64,000 nt of DNA from a virus. Its lineage: Duplodnaviria; Caudoviricetes. The stretch spans positions 1 to 64,000 of IMG/VR virus record IMGVR_UViG_3300021426_000004. One strand, given 5' to 3'. The notes beneath the pieces were generated by a model that was not told where the DNA came from, ran no database searches, and was given only the letters and a program-made list of their open reading frames with translations. The position numbers and the translations under genes were made by a program. Numbering within the stretch: position 1 is the stretch's first letter; each line of letters begins with the position of its first letter. Shown piece by piece: positions 37,301 through 47,011 of the stretch.

Positions 37301-40300
37301 AGTAACAACACGCCAATCATCTGCAATTCTGGACACGGTTACTAATGTGTTCACAGGAATTGTCTGGATTAATGTTCCGGATGCATTCGGCGAAGATCGC
37401 ATAGATGCGCCCGTTGCCTTTGTCACATAGTTGTTCCATGTGTTGGGCGTATAAGCACGGAAGTTAATATTCTGAGACGTTGAGGCTGAACCACGATACT
37501 TAGAAGAATCATACAATTCTTCAAAGTCTTCAAAGTGTTTTCTCTGATGGGACTTCTGTCCACCATCAAGGAAAGGCATCCAATCATCTTTACCAACAAT
37601 TCCGTCTTCATAAGTACGAAGATAATCGTACCAATAGCACTGCACCCAGCACCTTTCAGGAACTTTCTGTTGTTCCTTCAGTAAGAAATTATGATATGCA
37701 GTGGCAGACCATGCACCAGCAGATTCACGATTTGTAAACATTGCTCGGCATGCTTCATAAAGGTTTGCAACAAATACAAACCATACAGCGTCAGCGCCAT
37801 TGAAAACCTTCATACCGCCAATGTCATCGTTGTACTCATTGCCATAATCGAAGACCATCTGGCCCTGGTTGTTGTTTCCATCAGAGGTGTCCATATCATA
37901 TGCCTTAGACAGATCCCAGTGAATTAAGTCAGTAGATGACCAGAAGTTATTCTTGGAAACGTTATCCACCATTGTATGACGTTCAAGATATAAATAGTGA
38001 TATACGAACGAATCCATAACCATATAGTCTTCACACTCAGAGAGCATTTTAGCAATTCTACGCTCGAATGTGTCATGAGTATATGTTCCTGCATACTGTG
38101 TGACAGTAACACCGCGCAGAACTTGATTTCCTGGACGGTCATGTCCACGGAAAGTATAGTTATCATATGTTTCTGGTTCTGGCAGTAATTCATCAGTATG
38201 AGCATTGGGATTATTGGTAGCCATCCATGTTACAAGACGTTGCCATGCATCACGAATCTCTTGAGAAGGATTCTTTGTATCAGGATAACGCATACCAAAG
38301 AACTTTTCACCAGACCAATCTTCTTCGCTTAAGTCATCGTTGACCATTCTCATCTGATCTTTATCGTTGTCGTTGACTTCGATACAGACTTCTTTAGGGT
38401 TAGATAAGTCATGGAAAACGTGAACGTTCTTCTTGGAGTTTCCCATATTTGCAATAGAATACATATGGTACTTATTGTCTCCCCAAAGAACAAAATGTTT
38501 ATCATCTGGAATTTCGCCACTGTCTTTAATGAATTGAACACCCATATTAAATTCCATACAATCCCGTACAGTTAAACTGGGATACGGATTATACATCTGA
38601 TACCATTTAGCATTGCACATGTTGTTAACCTGTTCACAAGAAGCAAAGTTAACTTTTGTGTTGGCATAACTAATCGGGCATGAGTCATCATTCAGCTTCA
38701 TACCAACGGCTTTAACATACTTGGTTACATTCCTGTTGGAGTCTCTTTCAATAGGAACACAATCCACTGTGAGTTCAGTGTTTTCGTCCACAACAAAAAC
38801 CTTAGCATGGCCTGGGTTTTCGCTGTCTTCAATGAACCAGTTTCCGCCATAAGTATCATCTTTTACAGCACCTGCCAAAAGATCGACATCATTACCATCA
38901 GAAAGAGATGTAAAGTTAATATCTGTATTAGCTGCACCTTTGATATAATATACAGACGAGGTACCTTGAATAGACATTTTACCTACACCGGACATCTGGT
39001 AATATTGACTGCCGTTCTTCCAGAACTGGTTGAACTTACAGCCGCCAACCTTATCGCTTTTTTTGTTGGTTAAATAAGGAATATCATATAACCATACACG
39101 GCAGTCAGGATTCTTATCGACGAGCTTCTTGTAATCAATATCTCCGCCTTCGTTCAGAATGTCGTTACGGGAATAACGCTTTGCCATTTCTGAAGCATTC
39201 GGAGCATCCATAATGAAGTTGTCAATATGACCATCGCGATCAATAAGCATCGGATAGGTTTTAACCATATAAATGTAAACATCACAGTCATCAGAGCCTA
39301 AGACGATGTTTTCCCTTGTTTCATTGTTCTGCACAAAGTTGTCATTCGCATCGTAAACACGGCAGGAGGTAATAACACCATCAATCCATGCCATCATGTA
39401 ATGATAATTATTTGAAGGATAAACATCGAATTCCAGCTCGATGTATTCATCTTCGCCGTACGGAACGTTGATTGTCGTACCGGAAGAATTAAATGTTGCA
39501 TTGTGTGCGTTCATCCTGATGCCGACATCTGAATAACAATGACCAATTAAAGCATCATAGTTCCTGCAGTTCCTTACTTTGTAAATAATCTTAAAGGTCA
39601 TTCCTGACTCTTTAGGATCAACCGCAAACAGCTTATGTTTAATCGTCATTCTTGTCCCGGCTTTAATACAGAAATACTGCTGAAGGTTTCCTTTATCGTC
39701 TCTTTCTGTTTTTAGTCCGCCGTTAACCCAGTCAAAGTTATCGGAGAAGGATGCAGTAATTCCATTGGATTTCCATTCTCTTACTGCTTTATTAGAGGCA
39801 AATTCAGAACTCTTAAACCGGAATGTATATCCACTTACTTCTTCAATATCAAGTGCTACTTCGTTAACGTTTACCACGAGTGTCTTGACAGTTTCACCAC
39901 AGGTAATAGCAAGAGTGTGAGGCCCACTTGTGGTAGGAGTATATGCCCATAAATGGGTAGACCTGTCAATGTTTTCCCATTCACCTGCATATTCACCATC
40001 AACAGTTAATGTTGCATCTGCAAGGATATGCATTGGATCATAGATAACAACAGGAATCTCAATTGTATCGTATTGATCCATTTCAATATCGCTGTTCTTG
40101 AGAGTAGTATCCTTCATAGACACAGCGATAATAGGAGCAGGATTTCCACTTTCCACAAAGATTACTTCGTGATATTCGTGAGGAGTAGACTGAGGCTGGC
40201 CTCCGATAGAAGCAGTCACCCATCTTTCAAGACCGTAAGCGCCATGCGGCTGCATTGGAATACTGATAGACTGAGTTGCGTTCGTCTTGGTTGTCACCGT

Positions 40301-41449
40301 AACAGTCAGTTCTGTATCACCAAGTTTGGAATGCGAAGTCTTTTCGATTTCGCCGTATACCGTCCACGAATCAGTAAAGCTGGACTCATGGATAGACGTG
40401 TCGTTATAATTCCATACGAACCGCATGTTGACTGCGTTGACCCTCCACGTTTTAGAGGCAGTGACGTAAGCGGTTCCTCCTGTATCTGCAGTAACCGTAA
40501 TCTTGATTGTGTTATCACCGGCGTTTAGATACGGGCCGATATCAAAGGTATTGTTTCCGTTGACAACTGGGATGTTCCTGGCGACGGTAACACCACCAAC
40601 AGTCCATGTAGAATCTTTAAGTGTTGCAGCGTCGCCACTGGAATCCAGTGCAGTAACCTTAAACTGAATAGGGAAGGATGAACCATAAACACAGCTTGAA
40701 GATTCAGCCGTGATACGGGCAACGGTAACAGAGCCTACGCTTCCACCGCCGCCTCCGCCTCCTTCGATGTAAACATTGTCAAACAAATCGTTGTTGTTTG
40801 CGTCGTAGAAGTGGAGATAATGGTTGTCATCATACACAACAGACTTAATAGGGAAGTCTGTTTCAAGTTCCATTTCTTTACTTGTTCCGTCGGCGTAAAG
40901 AACCCTGATTCCATTTTCGATCTTTGTGATATCCGCTACGTTTTCACTGTATGTCTGGATTAAAGCTTCAATATTGGAGACCGTTGTACTTAAAGAACTC
41001 ACACTTGAGGTGGAAGCAGCATCAATATTAGCTCTTGACTGAATCTTCTGTTCATCTGTAAGATTCATTGAAGAGTATCTGAGGATATCTTCCGGAAGAT
41101 CGTTGGCGTCCAAAGCACCGATATTGGTTCTTGCCTGTGCTTTCTGTTCATTCGTTAAACTCTGTGATGTGAATTTCACACTGTCTTGATCGGAGATGCT
41201 CACATAACCATTTCCGTCCCAGTGATATAATGCTTTTGCAGTTGTATCAAGATACAACTTTTCAGCCTCACCTGTTACAGGAAAATCCTGAAAAGAAGCG
41301 TATTCAAGTACATTAAAGGCTGAAGAGGGAATCTCTGATTCAAGAACTTTACCATTTGAATCCAGCAAAGCTGGCTTTCCAGGTTGACCATAAGTGTTCT
41401 CAAGATCAGTTTTAAACCGACCCAACCGTTCAGGAGTAATCAATTTCAA
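34382..41449 (-). CDS. giant multidomain virion protein (LamG-like, CotH-kinase-like, SH3, LRR, C-terminal lectin-like)
   Basis: 2355 aa; MVDNVSKN/YDMDT, SH3 (ASMRSSP..W..V.Y..TGY), LRR-like segment, YWTRS...GIILMFSI end. Confidence 0.7.
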   Translation of the reverse strand: MKLITPERLGRFKTDLENTYGQPGKPALLDSNGKVLESEIPSSAFNVLEYASFQDFPVTGEAEKLYLDTTAKALYHWDGNGYVSISDQDSVKFTSQSLTNEQKAQARTNIGALDANDLPEDILRYSSMNLTDEQKIQSRANIDAASTSSVSSLSTTVSNIEALIQTYSENVADITKIENGIRVLYADGTSKEMELETDFPIKSVVYDDNHYLHFYDANNNDLFDNVYIEGGGGGGGSVGSVTVARITAESSSCVYGSSFPIQFKVTALDSSGDAATLKDSTWTVGGVTVARNIPVVNGNNTFDIGPYLNAGDNTIKITVTADTGGTAYVTASKTWRVNAVNMRFVWNYNDTSIHESSFTDSWTVYGEIEKTSHSKLGDTELTVTVTTKTNATQSISIPMQPHGAYGLERWVTASIGGQPQSTPHEYHEVIFVESGNPAPIIAVSMKDTTLKNSDIEMDQYDTIEIPVVIYDPMHILADATLTVDGEYAGEWENIDRSTHLWAYTPTTSGPHTLAITCGETVKTLVVNVNEVALDIEEVSGYTFRFKSSEFASNKAVREWKSNGITASFSDNFDWVNGGLKTERDDKGNLQQYFCIKAGTRMTIKHKLFAVDPKESGMTFKIIYKVRNCRNYDALIGHCYSDVGIRMNAHNATFNSSGTTINVPYGEDEYIELEFDVYPSNNYHYMMAWIDGVITSCRVYDANDNFVQNNETRENIVLGSDDCDVYIYMVKTYPMLIDRDGHIDNFIMDAPNASEMAKRYSRNDILNEGGDIDYKKLVDKNPDCRVWLYDIPYLTNKKSDKVGGCKFNQFWKNGSQYYQMSGVGKMSIQGTSSVYYIKGAANTDINFTSLSDGNDVDLLAGAVKDDTYGGNWFIEDSENPGHAKVFVVDENTELTVDCVPIERDSNRNVTKYVKAVGMKLNDDSCPISYANTKVNFASCEQVNNMCNAKWYQMYNPYPSLTVRDCMEFNMGVQFIKDSGEIPDDKHFVLWGDNKYHMYSIANMGNSKKNVHVFHDLSNPKEVCIEVNDNDKDQMRMVNDDLSEEDWSGEKFFGMRYPDTKNPSQEIRDAWQRLVTWMATNNPNAHTDELLPEPETYDNYTFRGHDRPGNQVLRGVTVTQYAGTYTHDTFERRIAKMLSECEDYMVMDSFVYHYLYLERHTMVDNVSKNNFWSSTDLIHWDLSKAYDMDTSDGNNNQGQMVFDYGNEYNDDIGGMKVFNGADAVWFVFVANLYEACRAMFTNRESAGAWSATAYHNFLLKEQQKVPERCWVQCYWYDYLRTYEDGIVGKDDWMPFLDGGQKSHQRKHFEDFEELYDSSKYRGSASTSQNINFRAYTPNTWNNYVTKATGASMRSSPNASGTLIQTIPVNTLVTVSRIADDWRVVTYNNRTGYVLRAELGGVEPSGTLTVTMYNKMYISINVGTTAWAPIKAAKNVPITIPFSKGSLINNTMIVVNTASMIQAISGMEHLYADTCVFSDATRLRELSLGSNDIGYENTFLKSLSLDNNTMLERLYVQNLPNANSPLDLTGCLSLTTLDATGSGFTAYSFADGGLLSSAILNRPTSLSLLNLAYLKDENFAITDYSGLISFRYENTPGIDSYMIASAAENLQIVRLIGIEWIMPNANMLNRMLRLQGLNESNHTIDQSVLAGEAYAPSMRQRNLNEYSVAWPDLVVTYHNILEEFQITFSNPDGTTVKDRLGKDYIQYVDRGQTIVDPVENGDIDTPTMEPTAQYTYTYTGWQNISGAVMDNRNVIATYSSAVRTYRVRWFAQTGVLLKTTYAEYGSEVIYQDEDHVFPPTKTDEEENLYFWVFLNWDKSTGFITEDVDVYAIWDRATIPSGSVNLKDLSIAQIYGIAKTYNSSNYFHDEDYVDIKVGKDFDFSNVQSEVLLENKYFDGTEIVKKENIRLFDADAPSFTIAIDYEFTEATTNATMISCCDSTGSTEGFRVYYYLAGNTNENQSVQVLWGDKTAIVGHGLNRGILVLRHRKGSRNLLVSSDNGGRYVLHTSTYGGDDYPSNNENRYDAYNASGFTTELVRAQDTQTDSVLSFGAMAYGSQGSRFPAKGWIHWAKIWYDDLGTSVSNELASWPHEVWRMHYRGNHLYNKDDGTGLMDGASFIMNAPLPQFYEMYEPDSLNQIYTTGGWKNSLVRSFINDRCFNALPYSWQSIISPVSIPTKGGADNYNVLEYTTDKLYIPSIADLYSGAQNLNRAESTQISWCIDNKSRVRFMGITIPEDAQYYTVDSDPTLYTGTYNVKEGDVWIRGDRAYVYVTQTTADRHGYLGGRNITETSNNIVATGTQGGLWVRSITYWTRSNNTTAQANSTSSQWTIWPTGQPTSTFVLYPEYGRRGIILMFSI

Positions 41450-41467
41450 TGTTACTCATCTCCTTTC

Positions 41468-42073
41468 TTAAGAAATCCCGAATAAAGCATCGATATCTTC
41501 ATCTGTTGCAATTTCGGGTTCAAATGTTATGCTGTCTATATAGGATTTAATTGTTTCGTTTGACTCGCTGGATATTTTAATGTTCTCGCCGTGAAGAACT
41601 ACTTCACCAGTAAGTCCGTTAACGCTTACAAGAGAACTATCCTGTCCTATGTAGGACACGTTATATATGTTACTTTGGGTCTGATCTGCCCATGTGAGAG
41701 TGCTTCTCGCCCAAAGGTATTTTCCTTGTTGAGGGGAAGGAGTCGGTGTCCAGTTATCACTGTCAAGTGGCGGAGTAGAAGGATTGTCTGAATTCTGATA
41801 AGTCGTAACAACTGTTGCACCTTTATTAGAAGCAGCCAAATGAATAATAGCATCCATCCATTCAGTTTCGGTGCCGGTATATCCACCTTCAACAGCTAAA
41901 GGATATAAAGTAATAAAGCCAAGTTCTGCAACCTGTCCGTTCGCATACTCGGCGTAGAGCATTCCTTTCTCACCAGTGTTTTCGCCGTCACCGATCCAGA
42001 CTCTTGTAACGTCTCTGTATAAAGGCAAGAACTCTTTAAATTGCGGATAAAACGTAAAAATACCTTCACTCAT
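41468..42073 (-). CDS. fibre-associated structural protein
   Basis: AVEGGYTGTETEW, GKYLWAR, SVNGLTGEV, ATDEDIDALF. Confidence 0.7.
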   Translation of the reverse strand: MSEGIFTFYPQFKEFLPLYRDVTRVWIGDGENTGEKGMLYAEYANGQVAELGFITLYPLAVEGGYTGTETEWMDAIIHLAASNKGATVVTTYQNSDNPSTPPLDSDNWTPTPSPQQGKYLWARSTLTWADQTQSNIYNVSYIGQDSSLVSVNGLTGEVVLHGENIKISSESNETIKSYIDSITFEPEIATDEDIDALFGIS

Positions 42074-42074
42074 T

Positions 42075-42401
42075 TTAATTCACCACCTCTCTGATATGCT
42101 GCGGGCCTGTTTCATCTACAAGCTCCATACTTGTACATCTGGCTCCTCCGATAAAATAAACATTTAATTGCATTTTGAATTTATTATTGTTTTCGAATAA
42201 CAAAGATTCTTCCTGAGAAAGAGTGATAACAACTTTGCTGTTCGAACCTTCTCCTTCAATCTGCCCCGGATAAACGATTTTCTGTAGAATAACACGATCT
42301 CTTTGCTTAAAAGAAACAACAAGTTTCTCAACGTCATTGCGGACAAAAGGAATATAATATTGGAAAGATATAGTTTCGCCGGGAATAAACATAGTTTTCA
42401 C
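42075..42401 (-). CDS. BppU-like adaptor
   Basis: PGET.SF..IPF...ITLSQEESL. Confidence 0.55.
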   Translation of the reverse strand: MKTMFIPGETISFQYYIPFVRNDVEKLVVSFKQRDRVILQKIVYPGQIEGEGSNSKVVITLSQEESLLFENNNKFKMQLNVYFIGGARCTSMELVDETGPQHIREVVN

Positions 42402-42450
42402 TTCCTTTCTCAGAATTTGAAAAATGGAATTTTATAAATGTCCGTATCTA

Positions 42451-43179
42451 TTAAAGTTCCGGATTGAAATTTCCTCCGTTAATGATAGACTGCCCGTTGT
42501 CAACAATATCGATGCACTTATCTTGAGCAGTAATCGATCCATTGTTTACAATGATTTTTGAATCAGCAAGAATGGTAAAAGCGATATTTCCAGATTCATA
42601 TGTTCCACTTTGAATAACGATTTCTCCGCCATTAATAGCTTGAGCAATTCCACTGTTTGAGTAAATACTTCCTGTTTTAATAGTAAGTTTTGCTCCGTTA
42701 ACAATTAAGAAATTTCCGTTGCCTGTATAAGTAATTGTTTTTCGATTTAAATGTAAAACCGTGTCATTGCGTATTGCAATTGGCGAAGAAATTGTGATAT
42801 CTTCCTGAAGTTCAACTGTTCCGCCTTTTCTTAAGAGTCCAACTAGAATTGTTTCATTTGAAGCAAATCCCATAATTGCATCAATATCATCATTTGAAAG
42901 AGGAGTCATTGGGATATCGCCTAAACCAAGATCATCAAAAGATAACCGACCAATAAGTTCAACTCCATTAATTGAAGGCTTATTAAGAAGATCCGCATAA
43001 TTGCCAGTTCCATCGCCAATTGCAACAGGAGTAGAAAGGGTAAGCGTATGTTGATTATCCCTCAAAACAATATGAAAATCTGGTTCGTATTGTATATTGC
43101 TATATGATTGACTACCAGTTGCTCCTGATCGAGTAATTGCATGATCGTTTCCAGAAGATTGGATATTTAAATCAGACAT
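42451..43179 (-). CDS. structural protein with beta-helix-like C-terminus
   Basis: NYADLLNKPSINGVELIG; GG/NGG beta-helix pattern. Confidence 0.65.
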   Translation of the reverse strand: MSDLNIQSSGNDHAITRSGATGSQSYSNIQYEPDFHIVLRDNQHTLTLSTPVAIGDGTGNYADLLNKPSINGVELIGRLSFDDLGLGDIPMTPLSNDDIDAIMGFASNETILVGLLRKGGTVELQEDITISSPIAIRNDTVLHLNRKTITYTGNGNFLIVNGAKLTIKTGSIYSNSGIAQAINGGEIVIQSGTYESGNIAFTILADSKIIVNNGSITAQDKCIDIVDNGQSIINGGNFNPEL

Positions 43180-43194
43180 ACACTTACCCTCCCT

Positions 43195-43536
43195 TTATTC
43201 GTTTTCTCTGAATGTAATTTCGTCTGTAATTACAAGATCTCCGACAAATGTTTCTTTAAGCTGATTGCCGTATACTAACTGTATATCGAACTTGTAATTT
43301 CCATAACTTAAACCAGATGTATCATCTGATTCGATTTTAATTTCATAATCACCGGTTCCAAGTTTTACAATTTCACCAGTGCTTAACCTTTTTTGAAACA
43401 AGAAGTTTATATCCCTTGAAGTCTTTTTTACGGTGAAATAAATCTCAGTAAAGTCTATATCGGTTACTGTACCATCACGATTATTCACCACGAAACGTTC
43501 CAAACGAATATCACCTCTTGGCATACGAATTGTCAT
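43195..43536 (-). CDS. BppU-like Ig-fold adaptor
   Basis: MPRGD...YFTVKK...DT.GL.YG.Y.FDIQ. Confidence 0.6.
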   Translation of the reverse strand: MTIRMPRGDIRLERFVVNNRDGTVTDIDFTEIYFTVKKTSRDINFLFQKRLSTGEIVKLGTGDYEIKIESDDTSGLSYGNYKFDIQLVYGNQLKETFVGDLVITDEITFRENE

Positions 43537-43556
43537 TTTGGTACAGCCCCTTTCGT

Positions 43557-43886
43557 TTACCAGCGGCGTTCTTCAGGATACACAGGATAATTCATCGGAT
43601 AATGTCCAGACATATCCGGAGCCATATCGCGACTGCGCATGCCGCGCATAGCCGTTGAATTATTCATGTATGAATTGCCGTTATTATATGAATTAAAAGA
43701 TTCACCTTGCCATTCATCAGAGCCCTTCTTCTCCATATAACAAACAAGAGATTTAAGAGAATGGGCAAGAAGATCAATTCGTCTGAGATCTCCTTCGCTC
43801 ATCTCTGCTCCAGTACGATATTTCTCTTGAAGCAAGTCGAGTTCTTTACAGAGTTTGCTTTCGATAACCATATATCTGTGTTCCAT
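43557..43886 (-). CDS. hypothetical protein (conserved Firmicute phage cassette)
   Basis: LCKEL...ID.LAHSLK; low-complexity tail. Confidence 0.65.
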   Translation of the reverse strand: MEHRYMVIESKLCKELDLLQEKYRTGAEMSEGDLRRIDLLAHSLKSLVCYMEKKGSDEWQGESFNSYNNGNSYMNNSTAMRGMRSRDMAPDMSGHYPMNYPVYPEERRW

Positions 43887-43900
43887 AATTCAACACTCCT

Positions 43901-44374
43901 TTACGCAAGTCTTGTTACTTCTACGTTCAAGTTACGAAGATTGAGCGCAGGAGGAAGTGCTGCAGTATTAGATACAGAGGCGTTTTCAATAGCTATCGTG
44001 TAGCAGCATCCGGCCGGAACGTCAATGACCTCAAAACCACTAACGTTCCAATAAGCGTCAACCACGGTAGGCGTTGCGGTGCCAATACTTGTTGGAACCA
44101 CTTCTCCTCCAATAGCAATAGCCAACTGAATTTCACCAACCGTTCCATCTGTAGGAACAGATATATTTCCATCATAGGCAACACGATAACGTGCAAATCC
44201 ACACTTAGGATTCTTAACAATTCCACGTAATGTTAAAATCCCAGAACCTGGCCTATGAAGCACAGAACTACGACTGCAACCAATTTTGTCGTTCAGCAGA
44301 GCTGGAGCTCCAGGTTGAACAAGCTGAACTTCGTTATAATTAAACTGAGCCATAATACATTTCTCCTTTGTCAA
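43901..44374 (-). CDS. BclA-C/C1q-like beta-sandwich protein
   Basis: HRPGSGILTLRG...VPAGCC..N..V.R. Confidence 0.6.
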   Translation of the reverse strand: MTKEKCIMAQFNYNEVQLVQPGAPALLNDKIGCSRSSVLHRPGSGILTLRGIVKNPKCGFARYRVAYDGNISVPTDGTVGEIQLAIAIGGEVVPTSIGTATPTVVDAYWNVSGFEVIDVPAGCCYTIAIENASVSNTAALPPALNLRNLNVEVTRLA

Positions 44375-44392
44375 AATTAGATAAACTAAAGA

Positions 44393-44418
44393 CAGGAGTC
44401 CGGTTTCCCGGACTCCTG
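44393..44418. other. 11-bp intergenic hairpin
   Basis: CAGGAGTCCGG-TTTC-CCGGACTCCTG. Confidence 0.7.
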
Positions 44419-44434
44419 AGATGACAGCCTTGTA

Positions 44435-45049
44435 TTACACGCCACAAGTGCAAGTATTATTATTGTTTAATTCGTTTAGGATTTGTGCTGTCTGCGCTCC
44501 CTGCGATGCAAGGAACCGTAAATTCTGATTGTCTGTACGAGCCTGATCTAAGGCACTCTGCATTCCTGCGATTCTATTCTCGTAGTTCTGCTTAATGCCA
44601 TCCATTTCCAGCTGGCAAAGTTTGTCCATAATCATCTGACGATCATTTGCGCTTGCAGCCCGCGTAGCTGCACCTTCCTGTGCAATGGCTGTTCCAAGCT
44701 GAGTGGTAGCAAGACGATTTTCACAACAGCAATTTTGGAAAGCGCTTTGCATCTGGAAGAATTGGTTCATGTTTGACATCTGACGATTGGCAGCGGATAT
44801 TTCAGCTTGGTTCTGCGTGTTCTGAATAGCGGCAATTCCATTCATTACAGAGTTTTGATCAAAGCCGCGCTGAACCTCTGAATAGCCATTGTTTCCGCCG
44901 AAGCCATTGTTGCCCCAGCCGAACATAGCCATCCAGATCAGCAAGAACCATAAGCCGTTCCCACCGAACATGTCGTTGTTGCCAGCGTAAGCAGGCATCA
45001 TTGGCATATAGCCTTGTACAGCATTAGAATCAACCATAATAAACCCCAT
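44435..45049 (-). CDS. Gly/Asn-rich membrane-anchored coiled-coil protein (CCCENR family)
   Basis: GGNGLWFLLIW..GWGNNGFGG, VQRGFD, QNCCCENR, ASQGAQT. Confidence 0.75.
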   Translation of the reverse strand: MGFIMVDSNAVQGYMPMMPAYAGNNDMFGGNGLWFLLIWMAMFGWGNNGFGGNNGYSEVQRGFDQNSVMNGIAAIQNTQNQAEISAANRQMSNMNQFFQMQSAFQNCCCENRLATTQLGTAIAQEGAATRAASANDRQMIMDKLCQLEMDGIKQNYENRIAGMQSALDQARTDNQNLRFLASQGAQTAQILNELNNNNTCTCGV

Positions 45050-45270
45050 CCTTTAAAAAATATTTATCTAAATTAAAACTTCCCCTGATATATCAGTTGC
45101 GCGCACAAGAAGTCTTAATTAGATATTGAAGGAAATAAATTAATCTTCAAAATTAATCATTCTTTGTTAGGAATAGACTAATCAATATTTTTTAAATCAA
45201 AAAAACACTGCTAATCCTTCCTGAACGCAGTGCTGTTGTTCGCTCCTGTTTCTGCGAACTTCCCTTGATG

Positions 45271-45480
45271 TTAGATAGCCTGAAGTATCTTTTTAGCAGT
45301 CTCCTGCACATCAATCCAATATGATTCATTTTCGCCGGGAAGAGGCTGTTTAAGATAAATACGGGTGAATTCAACTTCTTTATCATTCGTATCTTTTCCA
45401 GTAGTCTCTTCTGCGAACAAGATATTATTTTCGTCTAATAAAGCTGGTTTACTATTTACAGATAAATGAACTAAAATCAT
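45271..45480 (-). CDS. hypothetical protein
   Basis: ATGA overlap with upstream small gene. Confidence 0.5.
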   Translation of the reverse strand: MILVHLSVNSKPALLDENNILFAEETTGKDTNDKEVEFTRIYLKQPLPGENESYWIDVQETAKKILQAI

Positions 45481-45593
45481 GATTCAAGCCTCCGTTTAAC
45501 TTCGACTCGATATTCTTCTGGAACTTCCGAAAGAGTAATCTTTCCTCTGCGGATCATCTTTACATACATGTCGTAAATCTTGTCAGGATTCAT
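45477..45593 (-). CDS. CD1375/XkdX-like small tail protein (38 aa, not in ORF track)
   Basis: MNPDKIYDMYVKMIRRGKITLSEVPEEYRVEV; GGAGG RBS. Confidence 0.7.
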   Translation of the reverse strand: MNPDKIYDMYVKMIRRGKITLSEVPEEYRVEVKRRLES

Positions 45594-45607
45594 AAGTGTA
45601 TCCTCCT

Positions 45608-46129
45608 TTATCTGTTTTCAAGCGTTGCAACTCGATCAGCGAGTATGTTATACATGGATTCCCAGCGGCTGGTAGTTTCATTCAGATTATTTAAGACCTG
45701 CTGAATGGTAGAAAGCCGCTCGTTATGTTCTTGCTGTTCCTGTTCAATTCGAGTTGCAGTGTCGTTCATTTCTTTTTTAGCGTTTGCTACAATACCAGCA
45801 AGCTCCAGCACGGACATAGAAGCAACATCTAAGTCATCTGTTAAAGCTTCCTGTGCTTCCTTGCCGATTTGAGTGATATGATATTTTATTGTGACAACAT
45901 CGCTGCCATCTTCACCTGGAAGCTGGATTGATGCCATTCCTTCTACATACCATTCACCGATTTGTTCTTCGTTATCGTTAAACTGGCGAATTGTATCACC
46001 AGCATCAAGCGCAAAATCGCTGAAAACTTCAGCAAAGCTTGCTTCAGAATGCATACGAAGTTCTGCAATTCCGTTGTTAATCCTAAAGTCAGGATTGTCA
46101 TATCTTTTTCCTTTTATTTCAATGATCAT
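45608..46129 (-). CDS. tail fibre-associated protein / chaperone
   Basis: precedes CD1375-like gene; C-terminal coiled coil. Confidence 0.6.
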   Translation of the reverse strand: MIIEIKGKRYDNPDFRINNGIAELRMHSEASFAEVFSDFALDAGDTIRQFNDNEEQIGEWYVEGMASIQLPGEDGSDVVTIKYHITQIGKEAQEALTDDLDVASMSVLELAGIVANAKKEMNDTATRIEQEQQEHNERLSTIQQVLNNLNETTSRWESMYNILADRVATLENR

Positions 46130-46224
46130 ATTTTTATGATCCCCTTTCTGTTTATGCTGTACGTTTCCAGACGTTAACAGTCAAAGTTTCTTCGATATTC
46201 AGCATCTTCAGTTTTGCAACTACC

Positions 46225-46998
46225 TTACGCTGTCCTAATCCATCCATATACAGCTACATATGGAGGCATTGTACTGATAGTTGCAGCGGTGCCAGTAAAC
46301 CCATGATTATGTGCACCGCCGCCTCCCTGATTTCCAATGGTTCCTGTAAGTGTAGCCTTATGGGTGTGGTTAGCTGATATTGGACCTGAGGTCCTTGACG
46401 AAGATGAGTTTGGACCTCCGTGACTATGACTGTTTGAAGAGCAACTGTTCTGTGAATAATTACGTCCACCTAAGGTGTTTGAAACACGCCTGTCCGGTCC
46501 GGAAACATAAACTGTAATACGATTTAAACTTGCGGCATTCGCCCAAACGTTTCTCTGCGATGCATGGTAAGAGTGTCCATGCGAAGTTATCTGTGCAGTA
46601 CTAACAGTCGTACCGCCTGTTGTTGTTGCGTAATAGTCCGTAAAGTTATGCGTATGACCAGCCGATTGATTCACGGAACTTTTTGCCGTTCCTGTAAAAG
46701 TATGGTTATGAGATGGCAATTCAGCCGTTGTTAAGGTGTGATTATCTACGCTACCGTCAGGTGTATAGCTTTGAGATGAAGAGCCCCCTGTCGATCCGGC
46801 TGAATAAGTATTACCAGCAGCTAATAGGAAAGTAGATTGCATTCTGTTCCATGTTCCACCGAATAACTGAGCAGGCTCAACAAGACGAGTATTTAGATAA
46901 ATAGAACCAACAGGATAGATATTATCAAACGTAATATTGGCCCCTTCTTTTGGTTTGAACGGGGTACCGTTTATATCAAGAAGATTTATATACGGCAT
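46225..46998 (-). CDS. His-rich tail-collar/short fibre paralog 3
   Basis: IYPVGSIY, FGGTW, HxH repeats, MPPY..Y.W.RTA; start reassigned to ATG 46998 (AGGAGG RBS). Confidence 0.8.
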   Translation of the reverse strand: MPYINLLDINGTPFKPKEGANITFDNIYPVGSIYLNTRLVEPAQLFGGTWNRMQSTFLLAAGNTYSAGSTGGSSSQSYTPDGSVDNHTLTTAELPSHNHTFTGTAKSSVNQSAGHTHNFTDYYATTTGGTTVSTAQITSHGHSYHASQRNVWANAASLNRITVYVSGPDRRVSNTLGGRNYSQNSCSSNSHSHGGPNSSSSRTSGPISANHTHKATLTGTIGNQGGGGAHNHGFTGTAATISTMPPYVAVYGWIRTA

Positions 46999-47011
46999 GA
47001 TCACACCTCCT

